This document shows, piece after piece, positions 36,485 through 49,128 of a DNA stretch of 64,000 nt. The first letter of the stretch is position 1. The number at the start of each line of letters is the position of its first letter. The DNA comes from Cystobasidiomycetes sp. EMM_F5 (lineage: Eukaryota). Location of the stretch: NCBI GenBank assembly GCA_051047955.1, contig JBPGPT010000002.1, forward strand, positions 868,001 to 932,000, read 5' to 3'. A program made the translations under genes and the position numbers. Under the pieces are notes generated by a model that was not told the origin of the DNA, did not search any database, and was given only the letters and a program-made list of their open reading frames with translations.

Positions 36485-37792
36485 CTACAGCTCTTCTACC
36501 CTACTTCCCTGCGTATCAATGTCGAGCACCTGCCAGCGGCACTTGACTCCCCCTTCCTCGACGAAAATCTGCTCAATCTCTTTGCCAATTGTATCAAAGT
36601 TTCCAGTCGCTAATGCAAGTATGGTAGGGCCCGCGCCGGATAGACAAACGCCCAACAAGCCGGAATGGGATGTGGGTGAAAAGGATTGTAAAATGCGGGG
36701 AAGTGCTGGAATCTGTTTGGAGCAAAAGATGAGAATTTCCATCGAAAACTGCTGTTGAAAAGTCATGCTCACGAGTGAAGATCTGTACGGCTGATGTATC
36801 CGGTCCTGCATCGCTTGGAATATCAAATCCGAGTCGGGTGGTGATCGAGCTAGTGCGTTTGTTAATACTACGATGCGCTGTAAATTAAACACCTGTGTGA
36901 CAGTGTCAGGACATGCTCGACGGGCTGTTGTCGTATGACCTACCACATCCTTGATATTATAGCTTTTCGGCATGACTTCTCGCGCTTTTGCAGTGGGGAC
37001 TTCAAAGTCCGGTATGCAGACAATGGCCTTGACCTCATCTGCCCATCCAAATTGCAGCCAGTGGCCTATGCCTTTTGGCGGAATAGGCGGATTCATGCCC
37101 CATTCTTCCCGTTCTGCACCTTCGGGAATCTCTGGCAACACTTCGCTCAGAGGTATTTCCGTTGCCGAGGTGTCTTCTGGACTGAGTTCTTTGAGGTAGC
37201 TGCCAACGAATCCTCCCAAGAGCGCCGCGGCAACGTTATCCGGATGCCTCTCTACCATCAAGGCAAAGTCGAGCTGGCGGGAGTGGTCGAGCTTCAAGTT
37301 TCCTATCTGGTCTGCCAGTAGCACCCCTGCAATGACGGCGGCACCTGAGGAGCCCAACCCCCGTCCGAAAGGAATCTCGTTGTGACAGTGTATGTGCAGG
37401 CCATGCGGAAAGTGGTTTATCGAATGACACCGCAGGACGTAGAGAGCGACACGCGTGATGAGATTCTTGTATGGATTGAGCGGAGCAGATTGTGCGCCCT
37501 CGCCTGTACATTCTAGCTTGGGAGTAGGGTTGTCGCTAAATGAGTCCAAAGTAACAGTGAGCGTGAGGTAGAGCTTCAACGTGAGACCGAGCACGTCTAT
37601 GAAACGAGGCATCCATCAGCAGCAAATTGAAAGCAGTCCAACGTTGACCCAGCGCACCAAACCCGCAAGCGAGGTTTGCTGAACTGCACGGCACTACGAC
37701 CCGGAACTGCAAGCCATTTCTTCCATCAGCGGGGACTCTACCCATCTCAATTTTGGCTTCCACTTCACCTTGCGTCCTTCTTTGTCGCTCAT
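36485..37792 (-). CDS. THR1: Homoserine kinase
   Basis: VPCSSANL...GFDVLG, NEIPFGRGLGSSGAA, ERHPDNVAAA, MQDRIHQPYR and LSGAGPT. Confidence 0.95.
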
Positions 37793-37939
37793 CGCAACGC
37801 TCAGCCTTGTCGTTGAATAAAGAGCTGTTCTGAATTGGTTACTGACAATTTGAAGATGATCGCAGACTTTGCCAACGAAGAGCCCTAAATTATGGCTGGC
37901 CTGCTTGCTCGCCAACACTGATGCGCCAGACTGATATAA

Positions 37940-40689
37940 ATGAGTGACTTTATCCTGACTATCGACTCGGACAACGAAGAGCCGCAGTCCGAGTTGAACG
38001 GTCGACAGCTCACAGATGGTGCAGCAAAGGCCAAGGGCAAAGGGACCACTGGCAAGGGCAAAAAGAGAGCACGAGAGAGCGAGACTGGAGACGGAGACGA
38101 TGTGACGCTGTCGGCAGGATTCCAGTTCGATACGCTCGGCGGAGCGAGTTTGCCGCATTTATCGTCGAAGAAGCAATTCTTGCAAGCGAGTGCATGGGTA
38201 AGGCGGCAAATTGCACGATTAGGCAACGATACTAGCTAATACACCTCGTCAGGACCTTGACAACAATATAGACCTCTTCCGCAAGAAAAATAGCCTGGTG
38301 CGTTGACCCGTGCAGCGAAATTTGTGCAAATATACGAGTACTGACGACTGTACATAGCCACGGGTGACGGTGGATGAGATCATAGCTAGAAGGCGAAAGC
38401 AACAATCGATATCAAATCAGGCAGATGAACGGCGACCATCTGAATCTGAGACTGCCGATAACGAGACTGAACCTGAAGACAACGAAAATGAAGTAGATAC
38501 AGACGAGGACGAAGACCAGTCGGATGAAGATTCCGTCCCGGATGCAGGAGGGTCTGATGATGAAGAAGAACAGCCCTTGCTTGAATCGGAATCGTCGTCG
38601 AGCGAAGCAGACGAGAACGACGTAGAGGACGCAACATTACAAGAAATGGCAGAATATGTATCGCCGTTTACTGCTCTAGCAAATGCTGGACAGTCCCTTT
38701 CCGATGTCGAAGATGATTCCGAGAATAAGCAGGACGTCAAAGCAGTCGAGTACTTTACGGCTGCTCCTTTGACTTCCACATCAAAGATTACGACAAACGA
38801 TGCTCTCAGATCCTCCAGCCTCCCTCCATTCTCTGCTCTGCCCGGAGCCAAAATTTCGCGACCTATACTGCTAGGTCTGCAGAGTTTGGGACTGACTACG
38901 CCCACACCCGTACAAGCACAGACTATTCCGGTAGCCATGACTGGCAAAGATATCGTTGGCTCATCGATTACAGGATCTGGAAAGACTGTAGCGTTTTGGG
39001 TCGGAGTATTGGAAAGGCAAGCCGCGTGGCGTTCAACCGTCTTCTATATACTGACCTCATTGACCTCCTGCACAGATTGCTATATCGCGACAAGAGGGAT
39101 TCTCGCATCAGAGTCGTTGTCATTTGCCCGACGCGTGAGCTGGCAGTACAGGTTCACAACGTTGGACAGGGTCTTGCGCGCTATACAGATATTCGATTCT
39201 GCTTATGCGTGGGCGGATTGTCAGTGAAAGCGCAAGAGGCCGAGCTCAAGACGCGGCCAGACATAGTGGTGTCGACACCCGGTCGACTCATCGATCACGT
39301 CAGGAACACCCCTGCATTCACTCTCGATGCACTAGAAATCCTCATCATTGACGAGGCCGACCGCATCCTCGAAGAGGGTTTCAAGGACGAATTGGCCGAG
39401 ATTATCAGCTCGTGCCCTCATTCCCGACAAACGATGCTCTTCTCTGCGACCATCACTGAAGATATCGATAGTCTTGCTCGTGTATCCCTGCGCAAACCAG
39501 TCCGAATCGCCATTGATGCAGCCCAATCGACTTCTGCCAATCTCGCGCAAGAATTTGTCAAGGTTCGATCGGAACCACTTCGTCAAGCAATGCTCATTGC
39601 ACTGTGTCGCACGCAATTTGCAGATGGACAGACTGTCATTTTCTTCAGAAGCAAGATGGGCGCTCATCGATTCAGGGTCTTATTCGGCCTGTGTGGGCTT
39701 GCCGCCGAAGAGCTACATGGCGATCTGACACAAGAACAACGCCTGACTGCTCTTAAGCGCTTTCGAGATCATCAAGTCAGTTTTCTGCTTGCGACGGACC
39801 TAGCGTCTCGAGGACTGGATATCCGTGGCATCGAAGGCGTCATCAACTATGAGCCGCCCAAGTCGTTTGACATCTACTTGCACCGCGTTGGTCGTACAGC
39901 TCGAGCTGGAAAAGCAGGTCGAGCAGTCACGCTTGTATCTGAAGCAGACCGCAAACTGGTCCGGCAAGCCGCCAAAGCATCCGCTGCCGGTGCTGTCACG
40001 CAGAGTACGCTCGATGCCGAACTTGTTAGAGCCACACAGGCGGAAATTGATGGTCTAAAAGACGAGATCAAAGAGATCCTGGCGGAAGAGAAAGAGGAGA
40101 AGGAGGTCCGTAGCAGGGCAACTTTGTCATTCATCGAATTTTGACTGATCATGTTCTCACGCAGCTACGACGAACAGAGATGGAACTGCAGAAGGGACAG
40201 AACATGCTGGACCACAAAGAAGAAATCTACTCACGACCCGCGAGAACGTGGTTTCAGACGGCTAACGAGAAAGCTTCAGCCAAGAACAAAGGACGTGAGG
40301 AGTACAACGACAAGATGGATACAAGCGGTGTGGGGAGCCGGAACGGGGGACGAACATCTTCTCAAGCCAAGTCACTGCTCAATCATCGTCAGCGGAGAAG
40401 GCAAGACGCTCTGAAGGAGATTGCCGCGGAGAAGGGCAAAGGCGGAGCTAGAGTCGGCTCTGCGATCCGTACAGCTAAGAGAGCGAATCTTCCTGCACCA
40501 GTACGGCAATTGGGCGGTGATGATAGTTATTCATCACGGCCGAAACCTGCAAAGGCCAAGAAGAAGGGCAAAAAGGGTAAAAGTTCGTTCAATGATGCGC
40601 CGGCGGGCAAGCAGCGCACTGGCTTGAAAGCAAGTGCGAAGCCCAATACAGAGACTAAATCAGGCATGCGCAAGGGCCCGGGTCGGTAA
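37940..40689 (+). CDS. DRS1: DEAD-box RNA helicase Drs1/DDX27
   Basis: [10 protein letters not shown]-terminus, [38 protein letters not shown] and [13 protein letters not shown]. Confidence 0.95.
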
Positions 40690-40956
40690 TAAGATGCAGT
40701 CTGTTACGATATAGTGTTGTCTGTTGGAGGTAGTATGAGATGGTATGTCAATGTTGCCAATACCAGCCGGACGGGAGAAGGAAAGGGGCCATCGACGGTC
40801 CAGGTCCTTCGTTTTATCAGAATCGGACGGGTTACGGGTACACTGCAGTGTGTGCACAACAGAGACGATGCTCATGCTCATGGTATGCGTGACATTAAGG
40901 TATATATGTTGCCGGAAAATAGGCGAATAGCCAAGCGCTATGTGATATGAGCCAGT

Positions 40957-41912
40957 CTACTTTGACTTCTTGTGGTCTTCGATGATAGCTTCGAGCTCCT
41001 TGAGCTTACTGTCCCGCTCTGCGTGATGCTCTTCTCTCACGTGCGTAAGTTCATTCTGAAACCAACGCGGTATGGTAAATTATACTGCTTGATACAGTCG
41101 GGGAAAGGCTTTACTCACGAGGTGCGCTTTGGCGTTCTGTAGACTCTGAGTGATTTGTACATGATGATTCTGCTTGACGTTGATCTCGTTGGCGGTCTTC
41201 TGTGCTTCACGGACGGCTGTATGCGCAACAACGAGAGTGAGAACAAAAGAGTCAGACTTTCGATATATGAAATGGGTGATAGCACGCACCTTGATCGTGC
41301 TTTGCTTGTATGCGTTCAAGATCTTTGGCTAGCGAATGTTCGTGCTCGACAGCTTTGTTATGCGCTTTCGCTGCCTTGTTGTCGGCCTTGACGGCTGTCA
41401 TAAAGTCAAGACGATATCATGTCAGCATCCAGTTCGAGTGACGCCTGCTCGTCAAGATGAACCGTACCTTTACTCTCGGCCTTCTCGGCTATCCAGGGAA
41501 ACAAAGTCAGGGCTTCCTTCGTGGTAGGTATTGTGGAGACTGTGTCTTTCAGAACTTACCCTTTGAGATTTCCTTCACCTGGCCGGCGATGTTCTTATCT
41601 TCTGACTTTCCCTCTGTATATGGAGCCGTCAATCAGCGTCAACGCCCTACTACAGACGTTCCATAAGTCTGCTCACCCTTCTCAAGGACCTGTCATTGCA
41701 CAGCAGTTTGCATATTGCTCAGCGCGGTTCGCCAATCCCGTCGCGTCCCGCCACTTCGGGCGAGATACAAAGCGCACACTGACCTTGTGGAGATGTTTAG
41801 CCTCATTGTAGCCCATTCCTTGTGAGATTGGGTGCGTATCTTGGACGGGTACTGCGTGCTCGACCGGCGCGGCAGCGTACGCTTCTTCACCGTGAGCGAC
41901 TGGAGTAGTCAT
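40957..41912 (-). CDS. Hydrophilic coiled-coil protein (Lys/Ala/Glu/His-rich; recalls basidiomycete 'Ncp1-like' proteins), 7 exons
   Basis: Six GT-AG introns splice in phase to ...EAKHLHKVLEKEGKSEDKNIAGQVKEISKAEKAESKAVKADNKAAKAHNKAVEHEHSLAKDLERIQAKHDQAVREAQKTANEINVKQ...EDHKKSK*. Confidence 0.75.
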
Positions 41913-42192
41913 TGTTGATTTCGTTAATTAGGCGAAGTTTGAGATTTCAGATGAGCTGGATGCTAGCGACTGCGCTTTGGAACTGAACGGAGCTGCAGTC
42001 AATGCAGAGTCGTCGCAAAAGTCGCAAAATTGACGCCGTGACAGCCAAAGCGCGCTGACACCCGACGGATGACGTAAGTAATCGAGAAGCGAGACGAATT
42101 CACGCAGAGTCGTAAAATACATGGCTGAAGAGCGAGCATTGTAGCGTACAAGACAACAAGAAATATCGCAGCCTTGCCGTCTCCGCTGGGCT

Positions 42193-44006
42193 TTATGCCG
42201 CCGCATACTCCTGCTCGTATAGTTTCCTCGCTTCAGCGACACAATCCCTACGATTACGGAGACACAAGACAGTCAGCGGGAGCTCTGACCTTCGAGGAAG
42301 GTACACTCACCATCCAAACAGGTATTCTTGCATCTTTGGGTCTGCCGTCCTGTCCGGGTTCTGCAGAATATGAAATTAGCAAATATCGAGGACCATCGAC
42401 TTCGCACAGACTGACTGGACCACCGGTTTTGACAGCCTCAAAAGCCTTATCCCTCGCTTCCATCTCTGGGCCAGACTGAAGTTGCATGGCCTTGCCGTTC
42501 TCATGTGCCCCGTTCACAATGTTCTCAGCTCGCGATTTGCGCGCCTTTTCGACCAGCTTGAGTAGCGCGTTGATCTCGTCGATAGATTTGATATTGTCAA
42601 AGATGGCGCCGATGACAGCAGAGTCCTGAGTGTGCCACTCCCGAGTCAGCTATACATTTTCCCGAACGAGTAGCGCAGCAGCGCAACAGAGCATACCTCG
42701 CATGCCTGAGCGGCTCCTTGCGCCAGGTGTGGCAGAGTAGGATGTGAAGCATCTCCAATCAAGATGGTATTCTGCTGTACCCAAGTCCTGAGCGGACTGT
42801 GTGTTCTCAGCTTCCATTCCAGCACGTCGCCTTCCGGAACTGTCAAAGCGTGGGCAGGTCCAAAGTGTGTCAAGGATCAGAATGGGTCGGCTCTTTTCAG
42901 TGGAAAAAGAGTATGCGTACCCATCTGCAACATCTTTTGTATCCTCGGGCAGTAGTCATGCCATGTCTTCATGAGATCTGCTTTGCTGCCTCTGCTCGTC
43001 CACGATTCTTGTACGAGATGCTCATCCGGATGTGCAGTCGAGATGTTGTAGACGCTCTTGTTGGAGATTGGGTAAGCGATGATATGGCGACGTGCAGCAA
43101 TCCACCGCGTTACTGTCGGTTCTTCGATAAGAGGGGCTAGATCCGGATCTGAGAGCATCTGTTCGCGAGGGATAAGAATTCGGTATGCCGCTTGGCCCTG
43201 AAGGGAAGAGATCTGGGTATCAGCCAGTATACTTGGTCATGTCGTACTTAGCCCAACGTACCGTATCCTGAGCATCGTCAATCTCGCCGTGCAAAGCCAT
43301 CATCTGTTTTCTGATATTGCTCTTTACGCCATCTGCTGCAATGAGTAAATCATACTCGATCCAGTCGTGCTCTTCTCCCGGCTGTGTCGCTGACCCCCCT
43401 CGTTTCCTGTATTTGATTGCTGGACGGTCGAAATCGACAGAAGTCACTTCGCAGCCGAGGTTGAGTCGGACGTCGGTCTTTTGTACAGCTTCAACCATGC
43501 AGCGATGTAGATCTGCTCTGTGGCAGACCTGTGCAAGTGGACGTATGCGTCAGTTTCGGCTTGCAGACTTATTGCAAAGTCTGTGATCACTCACCCATAT
43601 GGGAGCCTGGAAGTAGTCTGTCACCTTGTCGTACGCTGAGTAGGCGAGCTCTCTATCAGAGTCTCCCTTGCGTATACAGGTTCCCGTGATTGCGACTGCT
43701 CCAATCTCCGCCAACCGGTCAGCGATACCCCATCGCTTCAGGATACGATAAAAGTTGGGGCCTGCGGTCACCAGAAGTAGTTGTCAGTGAGTGACCTATC
43801 AGAAACAGTCTTTGACGCGACCAACCGACATTGATGCCGGCGCCAACATCTGCCAGCTTTGAAGCCGACTCGTAGACGTCGACGTTGGCGAATCCAGCCC
43901 GGCTCAGCGCGAGTGCTGCGGATACTCCCCCAATACCACCTCCTGCAATGGCGATACGCAGAGTCTTCTTGATGTCGTTGCTGGTGCTTCCGGTTGACCC
44001 GGACAT
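42193..44006 (-). CDS. FAD-dependent monooxygenase (salicylate hydroxylase-like, FAD_binding_3)
   Basis: IAGGGIGG, GAGIN, HRADL-like HRSDL/HR, LIAADGVKS and LIGDASHPTLPHLAQGAAQA. Confidence 0.9.
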
Positions 44007-45097
44007 GGTGGAAGCCGCAAGGTGGAGACGACGAGGATTTAGGAGTACGGTGAGGAGACTTGCGGATTACAAGAAGCAAGATGGGGGTTGCAGCTGTGTG
44101 TCTTCTCTGTTATATGTGGCGCACAGAATAGCTCTTCCACGTCGGCCGAGACTTTCAGTTGCCCCCTTCGGAAGTTCCGAGGCGTCGACCGTGTCGGCTA
44201 CTCCGTCCGCCTCCCTTTGCTCTTTACAATGCAGCAGCAGCGCTATGATGAACTGTGTGTAAATACTTGCACACCTCAAATGTAGGATGGTGACTGTCCA
44301 ACTGCGAATTGAAAGAATCACGCAGCCAGCCTGGAGTTGCGCTTTGGCGAATTGGCAACCTCGACGCGTTATACTGAATGCCGATAGCGTACTAGAACCC
44401 TACTGGACTGCAACTACAACATACCCACATCGACTATAAACTCGCAAAGGAACAATGTCCGGGCCATGGTTTCTCTCACGGCGCCGACCGCATAGCGGCC
44501 ACCACAAGGCAGTCCAAGTTTTACACCTGGACCACCTGCGTTGCGCCCACAAGACAAGGAATATGGTCCGAGGGTCAGACTGGGAGCAGAGGCCAGCAAG
44601 AGGCAGGACGGGGACAGCTGTCGCAATCTCGTTGCCAAGAAGGCGAACAGTCGTCTCTGCCTGATGGTATCCCCTTGCACGGCACCCAAACCCCCAGAAT
44701 GCTGGCATATGATCTGCATATTGTGGATACTGGATTTGAGCGTCGTCATGGATAATGTACGCAACCGAGTGCAGCGCTGTGAGACGCTGCAGAGACGCTT
44801 CCGATCTGACGATAAAAACCTAGCGGTGCTGGCTGACGACGAGGCAGAGGAGAGACCCAGGCGAGGCAGCGAGTAATGAAGCCTGCACCCCGTCTGAGCA
44901 CTCCAGAGCCCCATCCGCTAGACCGTCTAGATTCGCTCTGCTGGGTAGAAAGGAAACCTTCGTTGTCGAGGTTTTTAGGAGCCAAAAATTTGAAATTTCA
45001 GTGGCGGTCAACGCGCTTTTTGCTCTTGATTTTGCAGAGGACTGCGAGTGTTCAAGCTGGCCATTGCTGAGATTATACGTCGAAGGAGTGGGACACA

Positions 45098-48000
45098 ATG
45101 GACGTGAGTGGGGTGTTGAATTTGAAGCTGGGCTGGGTTGGACGTGGTGCTCATATTTCGGATTGAACAGGCGGCATACACCCAGCAGCTGCACGCAGCT
45201 CTCGAAGGAACGACGGCGCCAGACACAAACACCATTCAAGCAGTGAGCAGCTGGCTGGAGTCGTTGGCTGGCTTCGCATGGCCTGTCTGACTCTTGTACC
45301 CAATTTCCCCCAAATTTGTAACGACCCAGGCAACCAAAGTGCTAAACGAGCAATTCTACAAGTCGCCCAAATGCATACCCGCTCTCTTTCAGATACTCCA
45401 GTCATCTCCGAGCACCCAGATCCAGCAACTCGCAGCAGTAGAACTCCGGAAACGCGTAGGATCAGGTAAAGCAAAATTATGGACAAAGACTGGGCAAAAC
45501 ACGAGGCTGCAGATCAAAGCGGGCTTGCTGCAGTCCTTGGCTAGTGGGAGCACCTCCCCTCCACTCGTCAGACACGCGACGTCCCGTCTCGTTGCTGCTA
45601 TCGCAAAAGTGGAGCTGCCAGACAAGTAGGCCAGACATCCGTCTTAAGTTGCAAGCAACAACTTCTTAGTGCTTGTGTTAAAAGGAAATGGCCAGAACTT
45701 CTTGGATGGCTGTGGGGAGCTGCATCAGATGCCGACCCTGCGGTGCGAGAGGTGTGCATCGGTTACATACACAAACATTCACAACCTAGCTGATAGTATA
45801 CAAATCATCTTTGAACGTCAGATTGGCATCTACACTCTCTACTGTATCCTCGACACCATCTTTGTCGACGACTTTTCGAGCCAGCTGCCTCAACTACTGC
45901 AGCTCTTCACTAAGACTCTGAATGATCCGCAGAACCTAGGCATTCGCATAATCACCCTACGCGCTCTTGGAAAGGTAGCAGAGTATGTTGATGCAGAAGA
46001 CAAGCACGAAGTTGCTGCCATTCAAAGTCTCGTACCAAACATGGTCGCCGTGCTAGGCCAGGCACTCGAGGCTGGCGACTCTGATGGAACAAAGCATGGA
46101 TTCGACGTGCTTGAAACGCTTCTATACATTGTAGGATTGATTCTCTCGTTGGCTTGTCGATGACTACGATGACTGAATATCGAACTTGTACACAGGACGT
46201 ACCCTACCTCACCCCGCACTTGGCTGAGCTCGTCAAATTCCAGCTGATGGCAGCTGCAAACCAGAGCTACAGCGAAGATGCTCGTATCATGGCGCTCAAC
46301 AGTCTAGTCTGGCTGATCAAATTCAAGAAGAGCCGTGTACAATCGCTGGGTCTAGCTGCAACCATCATTGAGGGCCTGCTTCCTATCGGTGCAGAGCCGG
46401 AAGACGACGACGACGATGACGATGGCGATTCTCCGAGTAAAGTTGCATTCAAGTGCCTCGATGCTCTGGCAACAAACTTGCCGCCCTCTCACGTCTTTCC
46501 ACCGCTGTTCCAGTCCTTCCAGCAGTACTGTGCGTCACCAGACCCAAATATGCGCAAATCTGCCATTATGGCATTCGGCGTCACTGTCGAAGGTGTCTCT
46601 TTCTACATCCAGCCGCACCTTGAGCAGCTGTGGCCATTCCTCGAGAATGCCCTCAAGGACCCCGAGGTTGTCGTACGCAACGCCGCTTGCAAGGCGCTCA
46701 TGTGCTTGACCGATATGCTGTCGGAAGAGTGCGCCAAAAAGCACGAGACGATCCTTCCTGTAAGCCGCTTGCGCGCTTGGTCAATATTGAACAACTTGAC
46801 TGACTAATTTTCATGCTTTTCGCAGCTCATTTCCAACCTTATCAATGATGCCGGTACTCAACGATACGCCATGGTCGCTCTTGACGCATACTTGGAGGGA
46901 ATGGGTGAAACTATTGTGCCCTACCTCCCGACCCTGATGGAGCGACTCATCCAGTTGCTGGATAATGCCCCACTCAAGCTGAAGAGCATCGCTGTCGGTG
47001 CCATTGGTTCGTCGGCTCATGCGGCCAAAGAGCAATTTGTACCCTACTTTGCAGCTACCATGGAACGTATCGTTCCGTTCCTCGAGCTCGTTCCAGAGGA
47101 GGGCGAGTCGAGCGAGCAAGGCACAAAGACGGATCTTCGCGGCGTCACGCAAGACACCGTTGGAACACTGGCAGAGGCGGTTGGCAAAGAGACTTTCAGA
47201 CCGTACTACCAGCACACTATGGACCTTGCTTTCAAGGCTACCGCGCTTCAGAACCCGCGACTCAAGGAATGCTCCTTCATTTACTTTGCAGTCATGACGA
47301 AAGTATACGGCGAAGAGTTTGCGCCACTCTTGCCTACGGTGATGCCACTCCTCTTGGCCAGTCTGGCACAGTCAGAGACGATCGAGTCGGATGAAAAGAC
47401 GCTAGCCTTGACGGCTAACGGTTTCTCGTCGGACCCAGATGCTAATGGCGACAACGAAGATGACGATGACGACGATGATTATGTAGATATGGAGGACCTC
47501 GATGAAGACGACCTGGACTTTGCCGCCGGATCGGCTATCGCAGTCGAGAAGGAGGTCTCTGCAGATGCTCTTCTCGAGATATTCCGCAATACCCGTAATC
47601 ACTTCATGCCATACCTCGAGCCGGTTGTCAAAGCATTGCTTGAACTACTCGAGCACTTCTGGGACGGTATACGGAAAGCTGCGGCGACGACACTGTTGTC
47701 GTATGTTGCAACATTCAACGAGCTGTCCAACCTGCCCAGATACACACCCGGAATTCACCCTGCTCCCCTGCCTGCGAATATGCAGCAGCTTGTCGACGCT
47801 ATCCTCCCTCCAATCATCGAGATGTGGAAGGAAGAGGATGATCGCGACGTAGTCAACTCGCTCTGCGAGGATTTCCAGGTCTTGATTGAGAAGGTCGGAC
47901 CTGCCATCATCGTCCCTACTCACCTCGACACCATCTGCCACCTCGCGCTACAAATACTTGAGCGCAAAGCGCCGTGCCAGCTTGATGGTGATGAAGATGA

Positions 48001-48802
48001 CGACGCGCCTGCCGCAGCTTCAGAGCAGCCCGCCGAACAGTCAGAGTATGATTCTCTACTCATCTGCTCGGCGTGCGATTTGGTCGGATCTATTGCCAAA
48101 GCACTTGGGGGTGACTTTGGTCAGGCGTTTGACCAATTCTTGCCGCAGATGGCTAAATATTATCACCCTTCGCGAACGGCGACGGAGCGCTCGACTGCCA
48201 TTGGATCCATGGCGGAAGTTGTGGAAGCAATGGGCAGCAGCATTACTTCCTATACACCCCAACTCTTGCAGCTGGGTCTTCAGGGTCTGGCTGACGAACA
48301 CGCAGAAGTGACGAGCAATGCAGCCTTCCTGGTGGGCACCCTTGTCCAGTCCACCACTACCGACCTATCGCGACAGTTCCCCCAGCTTCTGGCTGCACTG
48401 CAGCCATTATTTACGCTGAAGAGTCAAGACAAGGATTCTGTGCGGGCGCGAGACAATGCCGTTGGCGCTGTTTCTCGCTTGATATTGAAGAACCCTGCTG
48501 CCGTACCTCTACAGCAAGTACTGCCGCCAGTTCTGGGTGCCATGCCTCTAGTTCAGGACATGGAGCCGTACACTCCATTCTTCGAGGCCGTCTTTACCCT
48601 CTTCTCCGCCAACAACCCGGTCCTCGTTGCGCACCTCGACCAGCTCATCCAAGTCTTTGCTCAGGTATTGGCTACTCAGGCCAGTGCTAAGAACGAGGCG
48701 GCTCAGCCTCTGGCTGCCGAGACTCATGCCAAGTTGTTGCAACTGATTCGCGCTTTACCTCAAGACAAGGTGCAAGCTGCAGGCCTGACGCAATACTTGT
48801 AA
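45098..48802 (+). CDS. KAP123: Importin beta-4 / karyopherin Kap123
   Basis: APDTNTIQ, QLAAVELRK, HEAT repeats, AVGAIGSSAHAAKEQFVPYF, SAIAVEKE and RDNAVGAVSRLI. The first coding exon is only ATGGAC. Confidence 0.9.
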
Positions 48803-49128
48803 TGAGGTTTTTTCGGGTAGGGACATGGACGAGCGGCAGTGCAGTCACTTTGAGCAGTTAGAATTCAGTCTTGTTGGCATTTCGAAGCATTGAGCAGTAA
48901 TGACATTCGTAAGGAGTGCGAGCATGAATGATGACACTTACCGTGACTTTGCACTGTGCGTTCTATGTTGAGTCGTGCGCTGTTATTGCATATATTTCCT
49001 GACAGGTCCGATTGTGGGGTTTGTTTCCCTCGGCCAAAATTCATCGAGCGTCATCGAGAGACCCGTTCAATTCTGGTCTGCGCGCTCTGCTGGATGCCCA
49101 CCATCTGCAATATCTGAACTGCGCGACC

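Noticed and set aside
36485..37612. Apparent peptide insertions in the long THR1 ORF
   Set aside because: They are 51- and 60-nt GT-AG introns that happen to be in frame and stop-free.
42193..44006. Secondary-metabolite cluster around the FAD monooxygenase
   Set aside because: No PKS, NRPS, terpene synthase or other tailoring genes nearby; the neighbours are housekeeping or unrelated genes.
44400..45000. Short overlapping ORFs between the monooxygenase and KAP123 (briefly resembled SRP14 or a gene relic)
   Set aside because: No ATG in the relevant frame, no coherent splice model and no recognisable motif.
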